DNA from: Candidatus Kapaibacterium sp.
Lineage (GTDB): Bacteria; Bacteroidota; Ignavibacteria; Kapaibacteriales; Kapaibacteriaceae
NCBI GenBank assembly: GCA_030830285.1
Contig: JAURNF010000218.1
Span: forward strand, 3,354-67,353
Length of the DNA stretch: 64,000 nucleotides
Reading direction: 5' to 3'
In this document: one piece after another, positions 30,241 to 39,341 of the stretch
How the letters are laid out: each line of letters opens with the position of its first letter
Numbering within the stretch: position 1 is the stretch's first letter
Notes under the pieces: generated by a model
What the model saw: the letters and a program-made list of their open reading frames with translations, nothing else
Told to the model about the DNA's origin: nothing
The model's database searches: none
Program-made: the position numbers and the translations under genes

Positions 30241-31083
30241 TTACGCGTAGACGTAACGAGCGCGTGTGATGCGGAAGTGACCGTACTCAAAGTCGCCGCT
30301 GTCAAGATTCCATACGAAGTCGACCTCTGTTGGAATCATCACACCTTCGACCTCTTCGTATGCCTTGCACACGAGTGTGAATGTCGCTTGCTCAAAGCCA
30401 CTCTTGTGATCGCGATACTTATCGTTCGTAACGATGCGATCAATCTGTCCGAGTTCATTTACGTGCACTGTTGCTGATACACGCGTCGTTCCATCAACAA
30501 TCGTTGCACGAGCGGTATTCGCATCAATCGGATCCCAGCGCAGCGTCTTCGTTGGCAACAATCCTGTTGGCAACCACACCTGCTCGCTCAACACACGGAA
30601 GAGCATCGACGCGTCGGTTTCCTTGCCTTCGTACTCCGAGAGCGTAAGCGCACCGTACAGCTTCACGTGACCATGTCCAATGCCGTTGACGTAGCTCAAT
30701 GTTGCTGTGCGCCACCAGAATGCGTTGTGACGTAGTCGTGCTTCCCACACAAAGCCAGGCTCCATACCTGAGAGTACTTCGGTAGCCTTCACGGTAAACC
30801 ACGGACGGTTGGGTCCGTGACGAAATCGCGCACGTTGCAACAACACTGCATAGCGAATGTTTGGATGACCATCCTTGAGTGCATATCGCAGGTAGCGTTG
30901 AATCGGCTCCGGCAAACCTTGCATGCGCTCATTCGAGATGTTTGGGAGCGCGTTCTTACCGATCGTTCGAATCAATCGCTTGATCGATCGTGCTGCAAAC
31001 AAACGTGACAATAATGCACTCGCCGTCATGAGAACGATGATCGTTCCCATCGAAGCAACAAGGATGTAGAGCAGTTTCGGCAT
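30241..31083 (-). CDS. Hypothetical membrane-anchored protein (281 aa)
   Basis: Start refined to the internal ATG at 31083 (MPKLLYILVASMGTIIVLMTASALL, an N-terminal TM segment). This avoids overlapping the upstream gene. No recognisable family. Last gene of the atp-proximal co-directional block. Confidence 0.55.
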   Translation of the reverse strand: MPKLLYILVASMGTIIVLMTASALLSRLFAARSIKRLIRTIGKNALPNISNERMQGLPEPIQRYLRYALKDGHPNIRYAVLLQRARFRHGPNRPWFTVKATEVLSGMEPGFVWEARLRHNAFWWRTATLSYVNGIGHGHVKLYGALTLSEYEGKETDASMLFRVLSEQVWLPTGLLPTKTLRWDPIDANTARATIVDGTTRVSATVHVNELGQIDRIVTNDKYRDHKSGFEQATFTLVCKAYEEVEGVMIPTEVDFVWNLDSGDFEYGHFRITRARYVYA

Positions 31084-31090
31084 CACCGCA

Positions 31091-32464
31091 TCAGGACGTA
31101 CGTCCTGCCTCCCAGTTCGACAGATATCGAGAAGCTGTTTGCAACAGCTGTGTTCCAGCCATCGCAAGGACAACGAGTGGAACCAGCTTGAAGATACCAC
31201 GCCGGAGCGTTTGCTCAACGATTGCGGCACTGAAGATTGTACCAATCACGATAAATCCAACGAGCAGCGCACCAATCCATACAAGCAGCATTGGCGTTTC
31301 GATCTTCCGTTGGCGCACAATATCTGCGATCAGCACAACTGGGAACACGAGAAACACCCATCCCCAATAGTCAACATCGGCAATCACGTTGGTGAAGAGC
31401 GATGTGCTCACCGTCAGTGCGCGCGCAAGATCAAATCCTAGCAATTGGTCACTCGTAGACGGACGCACAGGGAGATATGCGTTGAAGTACAGCACATGCC
31501 AGAGTGCAAACACTACGCCCATTATCACCGACTGAACGACGAATGTCTGCGTGGCATGTTTCCATGATGAAGCTCGTGCAACAAGTGGAAGCGATGCAAT
31601 CAAGCCGAGCTCGACCAGAATGATGGCGTCCGTGCGCGACCAGCATGCTGCTGCAAAGAACACGGTCGACAACCACATCGACCCGCGATCATCTTCGCGA
31701 ATCGCACGCCAGAACAGTAGCACGCCAGGCACGAACATCGCAGCGTTTAGGTAATCCGTCTGAACGAGATACGTGTAGCCAAGCATCTCAGGGGTGAGCA
31801 GGAGCAGCAACCACAAGACATTTGCAAGCACATGGTGCAACGTTCGACGTAGTTCAACCCATGTGAACCACATGAAGCACACGGCAACGATAGGCACCCA
31901 CATCTGTCCGCTAGCATACCCCATCAGCCGATAGATCACCTGCAAGAACATTGCGAATGGAGCGTAGAAGGGTTGATTCGAGAGATGCTGCGATAAGAAT
32001 GGATCAGTGAAGACGCGATTAACTAGCGTTCCATCCTCGACTGCTGTCTTCGCAACAAGATCAATCCCCACGACGGCATCAAACGGCGTTACAGGCCAGT
32101 ACCATGCAGCCCAGAATGCGGCATACGCGAGGTACGATGCAAGGCCAAGTGTTACGATGTCTGAGAGAGAGAGCGACCACTTCGGCATGGCAGGCCATTC
32201 GCCATATGATTTCGACACACGTGGCCATGCAAGATTTGGGAGCACGGCCGCTACAACAGCAGAGATCATTCCGAGCGAGCGCGTGATCTCGACGGATGCA
32301 AGCGCACATGCGAAGAGCACAAGCGTGTGCATGAACATACCGATCAGCACTGCACTTGGAATTGCGACGCTTCGAGTAATGCGCGGACGCAGGAGTGCGA
32401 TCACGCCGAGTCCGGAGACCAGTTGCAAGAGAAGGGTGATTACGAGCGAGACTGTTGTGTTCAT
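31091..32464 (-). CDS. Polytopic integral membrane protein (457 aa, >=10 TM); possibly a GT-C-fold glycosyltransferase-like enzyme
   Basis: Multiple hydrophobic helices along its length. The first large loop carries an Asp-containing motif (TPFDAVVGIDLVAKT). Overlaps the upstream 170-aa gene by 4 nt. The family assignment is a guess. Confidence 0.6.
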   Translation of the reverse strand: MNTTVSLVITLLLQLVSGLGVIALLRPRITRSVAIPSAVLIGMFMHTLVLFACALASVEITRSLGMISAVVAAVLPNLAWPRVSKSYGEWPAMPKWSLSLSDIVTLGLASYLAYAAFWAAWYWPVTPFDAVVGIDLVAKTAVEDGTLVNRVFTDPFLSQHLSNQPFYAPFAMFLQVIYRLMGYASGQMWVPIVAVCFMWFTWVELRRTLHHVLANVLWLLLLLTPEMLGYTYLVQTDYLNAAMFVPGVLLFWRAIREDDRGSMWLSTVFFAAACWSRTDAIILVELGLIASLPLVARASSWKHATQTFVVQSVIMGVVFALWHVLYFNAYLPVRPSTSDQLLGFDLARALTVSTSLFTNVIADVDYWGWVFLVFPVVLIADIVRQRKIETPMLLVWIGALLVGFIVIGTIFSAAIVEQTLRRGIFKLVPLVVLAMAGTQLLQTASRYLSNWEAGRTS

Positions 32465-32970
32465 TGCTCGCGTCCGTATTCGGTGAGCAATGAATCAATG
32501 TTGACGTTGCGACTTCCGCGTCGTGCAATCCAGATCATGTTTGGCTCGAGCACAATGAAGGCATTCGCCTGTGAGCGACGTGCAGCGTCGTTCCACGGAA
32601 TCACGTTGTGGAACCCAACCATCCATGCAAAGAACCGTGGGTCGGTCCAGTATGCCTTATCACGCATATAGCGATTGCCATACGACATCGGAGGGAGGAG
32701 CAATGTATCTGTCGGACGCAGGCGCGGTGCGATGTACTGAGGGATCTCGTAGTTAGCAACGTGTCGAGCGAACATGCGCTCGCTCATCTGACGTCGCTTG
32801 TTTAACGAATCGCGTTTCTCAGCGTAGAGTCCGATGCGCGATTGATACGATGCAGCGTATGGATTCGCATCCGAGTCGCCACCAACACTGATCAACACAT
32901 AGATCACGCCAACCATGATGATGGCCAGGATCACACCTTGCCGCGACATCACTGGTAGTCGGTCTGTCAT
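32461..32970 (-). CDS. Hypothetical single-pass membrane protein (170 aa)
   Basis: Start refined to MTDRLPVMSRQGVILAIIMVGVIYVLI at 32970. The longer ORF would overlap the atpG 3' end in another frame. Lies 13 bp downstream of atpG. Confidence 0.5.
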   Translation of the reverse strand: MTDRLPVMSRQGVILAIIMVGVIYVLISVGGDSDANPYAASYQSRIGLYAEKRDSLNKRRQMSERMFARHVANYEIPQYIAPRLRPTDTLLLPPMSYGNRYMRDKAYWTDPRFFAWMVGFHNVIPWNDAARRSQANAFIVLEPNMIWIARRGSRNVNIDSLLTEYGREQ

Positions 32971-32983
32971 CGAACTACTCGTG

Positions 32984-33865
32984 TTAGTTGCTCGAGAGTG
33001 CCTCTGCACCACCAACGATTTCCAACATTTCCTTCGTGATCGCAGCTTGGCGCTCACGGTTGTAGATCAGCTGGAGAGTCTTGATCAGATCACGTGCATT
33101 CGTTGTGGCGTTTTCCATCGCCATACGACGTGCAGCGTGCTCAGCAGCATTGGAGTCGAGCAGCGTGCGCCATACTTGCAACTTGATGTACATCGGCAGC
33201 AACGTATCGAGGATATCAGCACGTGACGGCTCGAAGATGTAGTCAACGCTTTGCTTTGAGGTAACAGTATTGGTGTCTGGTACGATTGGCAGGAGCTGCA
33301 TCGTGCGAACTTCCTGACGCATTACTGTGACGAACTCGTTGTACACGATTTCAACACGATCGAAGTTCTGCATCAAAAAGCCGTTCGACACCAGGTCTGC
33401 AATGTCAACAGCCGTGTCGTAGCTCAGCTTGCCGAATACATCATTGAATTCCTGCACAACAGCTTGTGGCGCCTTCTTCGCAGCGTTCACCGAGCGCTTA
33501 CCAACAGGAATGATGTTGATCGTAACGCCAGGGTGTTCAGCTTCAAGTGCTGCGATACGCGAGGAGAGAACGCGAAGCATGTTCGTGTTGAACGCACCGC
33601 ACAAGCCACGGTCGGATGATACCGCGATGATGGCGATCGAGCTCACGGTCTTCCGTGATTCGAAGAACGGATGTACGAACTCTGTGTCGGCCATCGCAAG
33701 GTTGCCCAGAATCTTCTGGACTTGCTGCGCGAACGGACGTGCGGCAGTGATTGCATCTTGTGCGCGACGCAGCTTTGCCGTAGCCACCATGCTCATCGCC
33801 TGGGTGATCTTCGACGTGTTCTTGACCGACGTAATGCGGTCACGTGTTTCGCGTAGGGTTGCCAT
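32984..33865 (-). CDS. atpG: F0F1 ATP synthase subunit gamma
   Basis: MATLRETRDRITSVKNTSKITQAMSMVATAKLRRAQ and a C-terminal IVGGAEALS-type helix. Confidence 0.95.
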   Translation of the reverse strand: MATLRETRDRITSVKNTSKITQAMSMVATAKLRRAQDAITAARPFAQQVQKILGNLAMADTEFVHPFFESRKTVSSIAIIAVSSDRGLCGAFNTNMLRVLSSRIAALEAEHPGVTINIIPVGKRSVNAAKKAPQAVVQEFNDVFGKLSYDTAVDIADLVSNGFLMQNFDRVEIVYNEFVTVMRQEVRTMQLLPIVPDTNTVTSKQSVDYIFEPSRADILDTLLPMYIKLQVWRTLLDSNAAEHAARRMAMENATTNARDLIKTLQLIYNRERQAAITKEMLEIVGGAEALSSN

Positions 33866-33894
33866 CCGATTTTTCCGTTCTCGTCAATTGAGGT

Positions 33895-34857
33895 TCACAA
33901 ATTCGGCCAGTCCTTGAGGAGGTATCCTCGGACATAGTCAGCAACAGTGTCTTCAAGGCTTCCGAATGCAACGTCTGGCATCGCTGCCTGAAACGTCGAC
34001 ATATCGGCTTGGGTGTAGTTCTGGTATTGCTTGGCGAGTCCGTCTGGCATGTCGATATAGGATATCGACACTGGACGACCCATAGCGGCGAACACCGACG
34101 TCATGAGATCATTCCACGAGCGTGCTACGCCTGTTCCGAGATTGAAAATGCCGTTGACATCGTGTCGATGCAACAGCTTCATGATCACGTCGCAGACATC
34201 CTTCACGTAGATGAAGTCACGCATCTGTCCGCCATCGCCGAACCGCTCGTCTGTGCTCTTGAACAGCGTCACCGAACCTGTGTCGGCGATCTGCTGTACG
34301 GCCTTCGATACCATGCTGGCCATCGGGCCCTTATGGTATTCGTTCGGACCAAACACGTTGAAGAACTTTAATCCGACACACGACGCGTCGAACCCATTCG
34401 AGCGAACCCACTGATCGAACAGATGCTTCGCGTAGCCGTACATGTTCAACGGACGTAGGTCAGTTGTTGTATCAGCGTAGCCTCGAGATCCATCGCCGTA
34501 GGTTGCCGCACTGCTCGCGTAGATGAATCGTGCACCAACTTCTGCTGCGAACTCCGCTACATCAACGCTGTAGCGGTAGTTGTTGTCGTACAGATAGTCA
34601 GCGTCAGACTCAGTTGTCGACGAGCATGCACCCAAGTGAATGATAGCCTCGACGTCGTCATCGACATCGCCGACCGCCATCATATCCCTGAATTCCTGTT
34701 TGCTAACAATGCCAATGAACGTACGGTCTACAAGATTCTTCCACTTGTGTCCCGTGCCCAGCGAATCCACAACAAGCACATCCTCTCGTCCAGCGGCGTT
34801 GAGCGATGCCAACACGCAGCTTCCAATGAAGCCAGCACCACCTGTGAGGATGATCAT
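33895..34857 (-). CDS. hldD: ADP-L-glycero-D-manno-heptose-6-epimerase
   Basis: Near-collinear with E. coli HldD/RfaD: MIILTGGAGFIGS, EAIIHLGACSSTTE, DNNYRYS, FIYASSAATYG, NMYGYAK, FNVFGPNEYHKGPMASM, GIFNLGTG, YQNYTQADM. Confidence 0.9.
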   Translation of the reverse strand: MIILTGGAGFIGSCVLASLNAAGREDVLVVDSLGTGHKWKNLVDRTFIGIVSKQEFRDMMAVGDVDDDVEAIIHLGACSSTTESDADYLYDNNYRYSVDVAEFAAEVGARFIYASSAATYGDGSRGYADTTTDLRPLNMYGYAKHLFDQWVRSNGFDASCVGLKFFNVFGPNEYHKGPMASMVSKAVQQIADTGSVTLFKSTDERFGDGGQMRDFIYVKDVCDVIMKLLHRHDVNGIFNLGTGVARSWNDLMTSVFAAMGRPVSISYIDMPDGLAKQYQNYTQADMSTFQAAMPDVAFGSLEDTVADYVRGYLLKDWPNL

Positions 34858-34872
34858 CTCGTGGTTCCTGGA

Positions 34873-36423
34873 TTAGAGTGCTGCAGCGAAGCGCTCTGTG
34901 AAGCTCTTCAACGCAGCATTGAGGTTCGCTACAATCTCGTCTGTGAGTGCCTTCTGGGTGCGCAATCCATCGATGATGTTCGCGTGTCCTGCATGCACAA
35001 ACTCAAGTAGCTCTGTTTCGTACTTCTTGATGCTTTCCACTGGGAGCTCATCCATGAAGCCGCTCGAAGCCGCATAGATCACAACGATCTGGTCTTCGAC
35101 AGGCACCGGAGAGTACTGTGGTTGCTTCATCACTTCAAGCAGACGTGCGCCGCGGCGAAGCTGCTGAAGTGTTGTCTTATCGAGGTCTGATCCAAATCGC
35201 GCAAACGCTTCGAGAGCGCGATACTGCGCAAGGTCGAGCTTGAGTGGACCAGCAACCTTCTTCATCGCCTTGATCTGTGCATTACCACCCACACGTGATA
35301 CCGAGATACCAACGTTGAGAGCTGGACGCACACCAGCGTTGAACAAGCTTGGCTCGAGGTAGATCTGACCGTCTGTAATCGAGATCACGTTCGTTGGGAT
35401 GTACGCCGACACGTCGCCTGCTTGTGTTTCGATCACAGGGAGAGCAGTGAGCGAACCGCCACCAAGTGCATCAGAGAGCTTTGCAGCACGTTCCAGAAGA
35501 CGTGAGTGGAGATAGAACACGTCGCCCGGATATGCTTCACGTCCTGGTGGACGGCGCAGAAGGAGCGATACCTGACGGTACGAAGCTGCTTGCTTTGAAA
35601 GGTCATCATACACCACAAGTGCGTGACGTCCGCTATCGCGGAAGTACTCACCCATCGAGCAGCCTGAGTACGGTGCGATAAACTGCAGTGGCGCTGGGTC
35701 GGAAGCAGTAGCGCTCACAACCGTTGTGTACGCCATTGCGCCGTACTTCTCGAGTGTTGAAACAACGTTCGCAACTGTCGAGCCCTTCTGACCAATCGCA
35801 ACGTAGATACAGAACACTGGCTCAATACCTTGTGCTGCTGCTTCTGGTGTGTGCGTGTACTTCTGGTTGATGATTGCATCGAGTGCAACAACCGTCTTAC
35901 CTGTCTGACGGTCACCAATGATCAACTCACGCTGACCGCGACCGATTGGGATGAGCGAGTCAATCGCCTTCACACCTGTTTGCAGTGGCTGCGTAACTGG
36001 TTGACGGTCGATCACGCCGAGAGCCTTGCGCTCGATCGGATAGAACTTTGATTCCTTGATTGGCCCCTTACCATCGATCGGACGTCCAAGTGGGTCGACA
36101 ACGCGACCAATCAGACCCTCACCGACAGGTACCGATGCGATACGACCGGTACGACGAGCTTGATCGCCTTCCTTCACAAGCGAGTCATCACCGAACAACA
36201 CGCAACCAACATTGTCCTCTTCAAGGTTGAGAACCATGCCAACCACGCCATTCGGGAACTCGACGAGCTCGGAGGCCATCACGTTTGTGAGACCGTATAC
36301 GCGCGCCACACCGTCACCGATTTGGAGTACGGTACCGACTTCATAAACATCCGTCTCCTTTTCGAATCCCGTCAACTGGCGACGGAGAATCGCGGAGATC
36401 TCATCTGGACGAACTTCAGACAT
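34873..36423 (-). CDS. atpA: F0F1 ATP synthase subunit alpha
   Basis: Walker A GDRQTGKT. Full-length alpha subunit signatures ([17 protein letters not shown]..., [23 protein letters not shown]). Confidence 0.97.
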   Translation of the reverse strand: MSEVRPDEISAILRRQLTGFEKETDVYEVGTVLQIGDGVARVYGLTNVMASELVEFPNGVVGMVLNLEEDNVGCVLFGDDSLVKEGDQARRTGRIASVPVGEGLIGRVVDPLGRPIDGKGPIKESKFYPIERKALGVIDRQPVTQPLQTGVKAIDSLIPIGRGQRELIIGDRQTGKTVVALDAIINQKYTHTPEAAAQGIEPVFCIYVAIGQKGSTVANVVSTLEKYGAMAYTTVVSATASDPAPLQFIAPYSGCSMGEYFRDSGRHALVVYDDLSKQAASYRQVSLLLRRPPGREAYPGDVFYLHSRLLERAAKLSDALGGGSLTALPVIETQAGDVSAYIPTNVISITDGQIYLEPSLFNAGVRPALNVGISVSRVGGNAQIKAMKKVAGPLKLDLAQYRALEAFARFGSDLDKTTLQQLRRGARLLEVMKQPQYSPVPVEDQIVVIYAASSGFMDELPVESIKKYETELLEFVHAGHANIIDGLRTQKALTDEIVANLNAALKSFTERFAAAL

Positions 36424-36466
36424 GCGATTGAATCCTTTAGAGTTTGTTCACGTCGTAAAAGGGTGA

Positions 36467-37006
36467 TTACGCCACAGCAAGCTTGTCCTTGAGGACATAC
36501 AGCTGATGGCGAATCGATCCGTCAAGCACTTGGTCGCCGACACGGATCACTGCACCACCAAGGATGCTTGGATCCGTCGCGTACGTTGCCACGATGGTCT
36601 TCTTGAGTCGAGCACTAATTGCTGATTCGAGTTGCGAACGCTCTTGTGCACCAAGCTCAACAGCTGATGTCACACTGATACGCTCAATGTTCTTGCGATC
36701 GTCAAGCAGAGCGCGGTATTCCATGACGATTTCGCGCCAGAGATCTCCACGACCCTTGTTGATGATCAGCTTCAAGAACTCCATCGTCAGCGGGTTGATG
36801 GCAGAGCCCAACGCTTCCTTCAGCACGGAGAGCTTCACCGCAGCATCGATGATCGGACTGCGCATCATCGCACGGAAGTCTGCCGAGCTCGCGCCCAGCA
36901 ACTCTACCGTGGCGAGATCTGTTGCGACCACGTCATCCAGCTTGTGTTCAATTGCCGTTTCGAGAACTGACTTCGCGTAACGGCGTGCAATCTTCAGAGT
37001 TGACAT
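36467..37006 (-). CDS. atpH: F0F1 ATP synthase subunit delta (OSCP)
   Basis: MSTLKIARRYAKSVLETAIE... Typical delta-subunit length and position between atpF and atpA. Confidence 0.9.
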   Translation of the reverse strand: MSTLKIARRYAKSVLETAIEHKLDDVVATDLATVELLGASSADFRAMMRSPIIDAAVKLSVLKEALGSAINPLTMEFLKLIINKGRGDLWREIVMEYRALLDDRKNIERISVTSAVELGAQERSQLESAISARLKKTIVATYATDPSILGGAVIRVGDQVLDGSIRHQLYVLKDKLAVA

Positions 37007-37501
37007 TTAGTTCTTCGAGAGTTCGTTGACATAACCTTCGACGATACGCTTGTGATCGTCGCCCTGCAGATTGCGTCCGAGCAACTTCTCGGTTGCATCA
37101 ACAACAAGTGTTGCCACTTCAGCGCGCAGCTGCTTGATTGCCTCGTCCTTTTGACGCTCAATCTCGCGCTGCGACTCAACAAGCTTCTGCTGCTTTACAG
37201 CTTCTGCATCATCTCCAGCCTTGCGAACCATGGCTTCAGCTTGCGCCTTGCCTTCGCGTACGATGGCCATCATCTCTTGCTGCGCACCTGCGATGCGCTC
37301 CTTACTCTCTGCAAGGATCTTGGTGGCTTCTGCATTGGCCTTCTCCGCGTTGGCGATTGCATTGGCAATCGTTTGCTCACGTGCTTCAAGACCAGCGCGC
37401 ATTGGCTTGTAGAAAAACTTCGCAATGATGAACACGAAGATGGAGAAGTTGACAAGGGTCCAAATGATCAGACCCGGGCTCATCTCAAGAAATGAAGGCA
37501 T
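37007..37501 (-). CDS. atpF: F0F1 ATP synthase subunit b
   Basis: N-terminal TM helix followed by a long Ala/Glu/Lys-rich coiled coil. Operon position. Confidence 0.9.
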   Translation of the reverse strand: MPSFLEMSPGLIIWTLVNFSIFVFIIAKFFYKPMRAGLEAREQTIANAIANAEKANAEATKILAESKERIAGAQQEMMAIVREGKAQAEAMVRKAGDDAEAVKQQKLVESQREIERQKDEAIKQLRAEVATLVVDATEKLLGRNLQGDDHKRIVEGYVNELSKN

Positions 37502-37531
37502 GGCAAGACGAGAATTACGGAGTGAAGGAAT

Positions 37532-37619
37532 GTCGTCATTGGACGACGTGTGTCACCACACATCGGTCGTAGAGCTCCACAGTGTGCGAACTCTACGACC
37601 GACCCCGACGTGCGGGGTC
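37532..37619 (-). promoter_or_regulatory. Cluster of four consecutive stem-loops in the atpE-atpF intergenic spacer
   Basis: GTCGTC-attg-GACGAC (37532-37547). GTGTG-tcac-CACAC (about 37548-37561). GGTCGTAGAG-16 nt-CTCTACGACC (37565-37600, perfect 10-bp stem). GACCCCG-acgtg-CGGGGTC (37601-37619). None is followed by a U-tract. Confidence 0.6.
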
Positions 37620-37635
37620 GTGAATCGTCGTCGCG

Positions 37636-37866
37636 TTAGCTCTTGACAGCGAGGAGAATACAGATAACGCCTGCGAGAAGTGCAACACCTTCGATAAGAG
37701 CTGCACCGATGATCATCGTTGTACGGATGTCACCAGCGTTTTCTGGCTGACGGCTTGAGGCTTCGAGAGCAGCAGCCGCAAGACGACCGATACCTGTGCC
37801 TACGCCGAAAACTGTTACGCCAACACCAAGACCTGCAGAAAGCCAAGCAAATGCAACTGCTTCCAT
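37636..37866 (-). CDS. atpE: F0F1 ATP synthase subunit c
   Basis: 76-aa two-helix hairpin proteolipid with GxGxGxG packing motifs and a conserved carboxylate in helix 2 (AALIEGVALLAGVICIL). Confidence 0.95.
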   Translation of the reverse strand: MEAVAFAWLSAGLGVGVTVFGVGTGIGRLAAAALEASSRQPENAGDIRTTMIIGAALIEGVALLAGVICILLAVKS

Positions 37867-37920
37867 TGTGTAAACCTCCAGATGATGAGAATGTGAATTG
37901 GTTTCGAAATCAGTGAACGA

Positions 37921-38949
37921 TTAGTGCGCGTGTGCATCGCCATGATGATCATCGTGTGCATGATCACCAAGAGCAAGACCCACGAACACAGATGCGAGCA
38001 TAGCAAAGATGTAGGCCTGCAAGAAGGCCACGAGAAGTTCAAGCATATAGATGAACACGGAGAACGCTACGCTCACCGGAGTTACCATCCAGCTCTTGAA
38101 GAAGAAGATGAGTCCTACCAACGACAACAACACGATGTGTCCAGCCGTCATGTTGGCGAACAAACGAATCATCAACGCGAACGGCTTGGTGAAGAGCGAG
38201 ATGAGTTCGATCGGAACCATGATTGGGAACATGTACCACGGTGCGCCACCCAACAAGTGGTGCAGCCACGACTTAATTCCAGCGTCCTTGATGGCAACGA
38301 AATTCACCACGATAAACGTCGTAAGTGCCAACGCAGCAGTTACACCCAACGCACCAGTTGCTGCGTGGCAACCAGGCATCAGACCAACAAGGTTGAGTGT
38401 GAGCACGAAGAAGAAGATGCCAAGGATGTACGGCATCAGTCGGTGCGCGCGTGCATCAGTACCAACGTTCGGACGTACGATTTCGTCGCGCACGTAGAGC
38501 ACGAGTGACTCAACAACATTCTGCAGACCCTTCGGTGCTTGCAATGCGTTCTTGATGTATCCACCGCGTGCGATACCAAACACAATCGTTGCAATCAGGA
38601 TTGCGATGAACTCGTACGCAACAAAGTTCGTGACCGACAGATCCAGCTTCGGGCTTGCGCCAGTGGATGTGCGCACGATGTGATGTTCGTGTTCTGGGTG
38701 ATGCATCGTGAACACGCCAGCCTGCTCCATCGCGTCGACGTTTGGATAGACGTGGAATCCGTCGTCCACAAGCATCACCGGTAGGATCTTGTAGTGTCCG
38801 AAGAAGATGTTCAGCTCGTGGTGGTCCCCAAGCGAGTTGAGCAGCGTGGTAAATACCTCGCTACCCTCAGGATTGGTATGACCATCAGCGCCGTGCGTCT
38901 GCTCGGCGTGCTGAAGGGAGTCGGAGTGTGCGTTAGCGGTATTGCTCAT
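37921..38949 (-). CDS. atpB: F0F1 ATP synthase subunit a, with unusual His-rich N- and C-terminal tails
   Basis: Multi-TM core with the conserved Arg region (FALMIRLFANMTAGHIV) and LSLVGL-type helix. The C-terminus ends in ...ALGDHAHDDHHGDAHAH. Confidence 0.92.
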   Translation of the reverse strand: MSNTANAHSDSLQHAEQTHGADGHTNPEGSEVFTTLLNSLGDHHELNIFFGHYKILPVMLVDDGFHVYPNVDAMEQAGVFTMHHPEHEHHIVRTSTGASPKLDLSVTNFVAYEFIAILIATIVFGIARGGYIKNALQAPKGLQNVVESLVLYVRDEIVRPNVGTDARAHRLMPYILGIFFFVLTLNLVGLMPGCHAATGALGVTAALALTTFIVVNFVAIKDAGIKSWLHHLLGGAPWYMFPIMVPIELISLFTKPFALMIRLFANMTAGHIVLLSLVGLIFFFKSWMVTPVSVAFSVFIYMLELLVAFLQAYIFAMLASVFVGLALGDHAHDDHHGDAHAH

Positions 38950-39338
38950 GGGTGTACGAGTACCAACATCAGGTCAGAGGTTTTTTTTTTCAAGAGATCC
39001 GTCACCGGTCTGCGTGATTGCCGTTTGGCGTTCTCGTAGGACCGATGAAAAAAAAAGATCTCCGCGAGGAGAAACACGAAGCACGAAATCGCAAACGTTA
39101 ATGAGAATGCAACTTGGTGCATACTAATCACGCTGAGACAGTACCATGCGCTCACCATCACGATGATCGCGCGCAGTCCAAGACTTCCAAAGATCATTGC
39201 GAGAAACACGTTGAGGTCCTTGCCGAACGCCAATCGCGATACAACCCATCCGAGCGCTGTGTTGATCACACAGATCCCCAACGCTGTTAGGACTGCCGCC
39301 AAAGGCCCTGCAGATTCCACGATGGTGCATTCTCCCAA
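38946..39338 (-). CDS. atpI: AtpI-like small membrane protein preceding atpB
   Basis: 130-aa ORF with 3-4 hydrophobic helices. Its stop overlaps the atpB start (ATGA). This is the position atpI occupies in FCB-group atp operons. Contains T10 and A9 homopolymer tracts near its 3' end. Confidence 0.5.
   Translation of the reverse strand: MGECTIVESAGPLAAVLTALGICVINTALGWVVSRLAFGKDLNVFLAMIFGSLGLRAIIVMVSAWYCLSVISMHQVAFSLTFAISCFVFLLAEIFFFHRSYENAKRQSRRPVTDLLKKKTSDLMLVLVHP
38981..39056. repeat. Two long homopolymer tracts (T10 at 38981-38990, A9 at 39048-39056), each adjacent to the palindromic hexamers GAGATC / GATCTC
   Basis: Read directly from the sequence. Runs of 9-10 identical bases are exceptional in this 57% GC window. 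They lie in the 3' part of the atpI-like ORF, immediately upstream of atpB. Confidence 0.8.
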
Positions 39339-39341
39339 TGA

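Noticed and set aside
37052-37495. ORFs antisense to atpF, atpB and atpA (e.g. 37052-37495, 37924-38508, 36564-36980)
   Set aside because: They are embedded opposite to ATP synthase genes with unmistakable signatures. Ala/Leu/Arg-rich antisense frames are typical artefacts.
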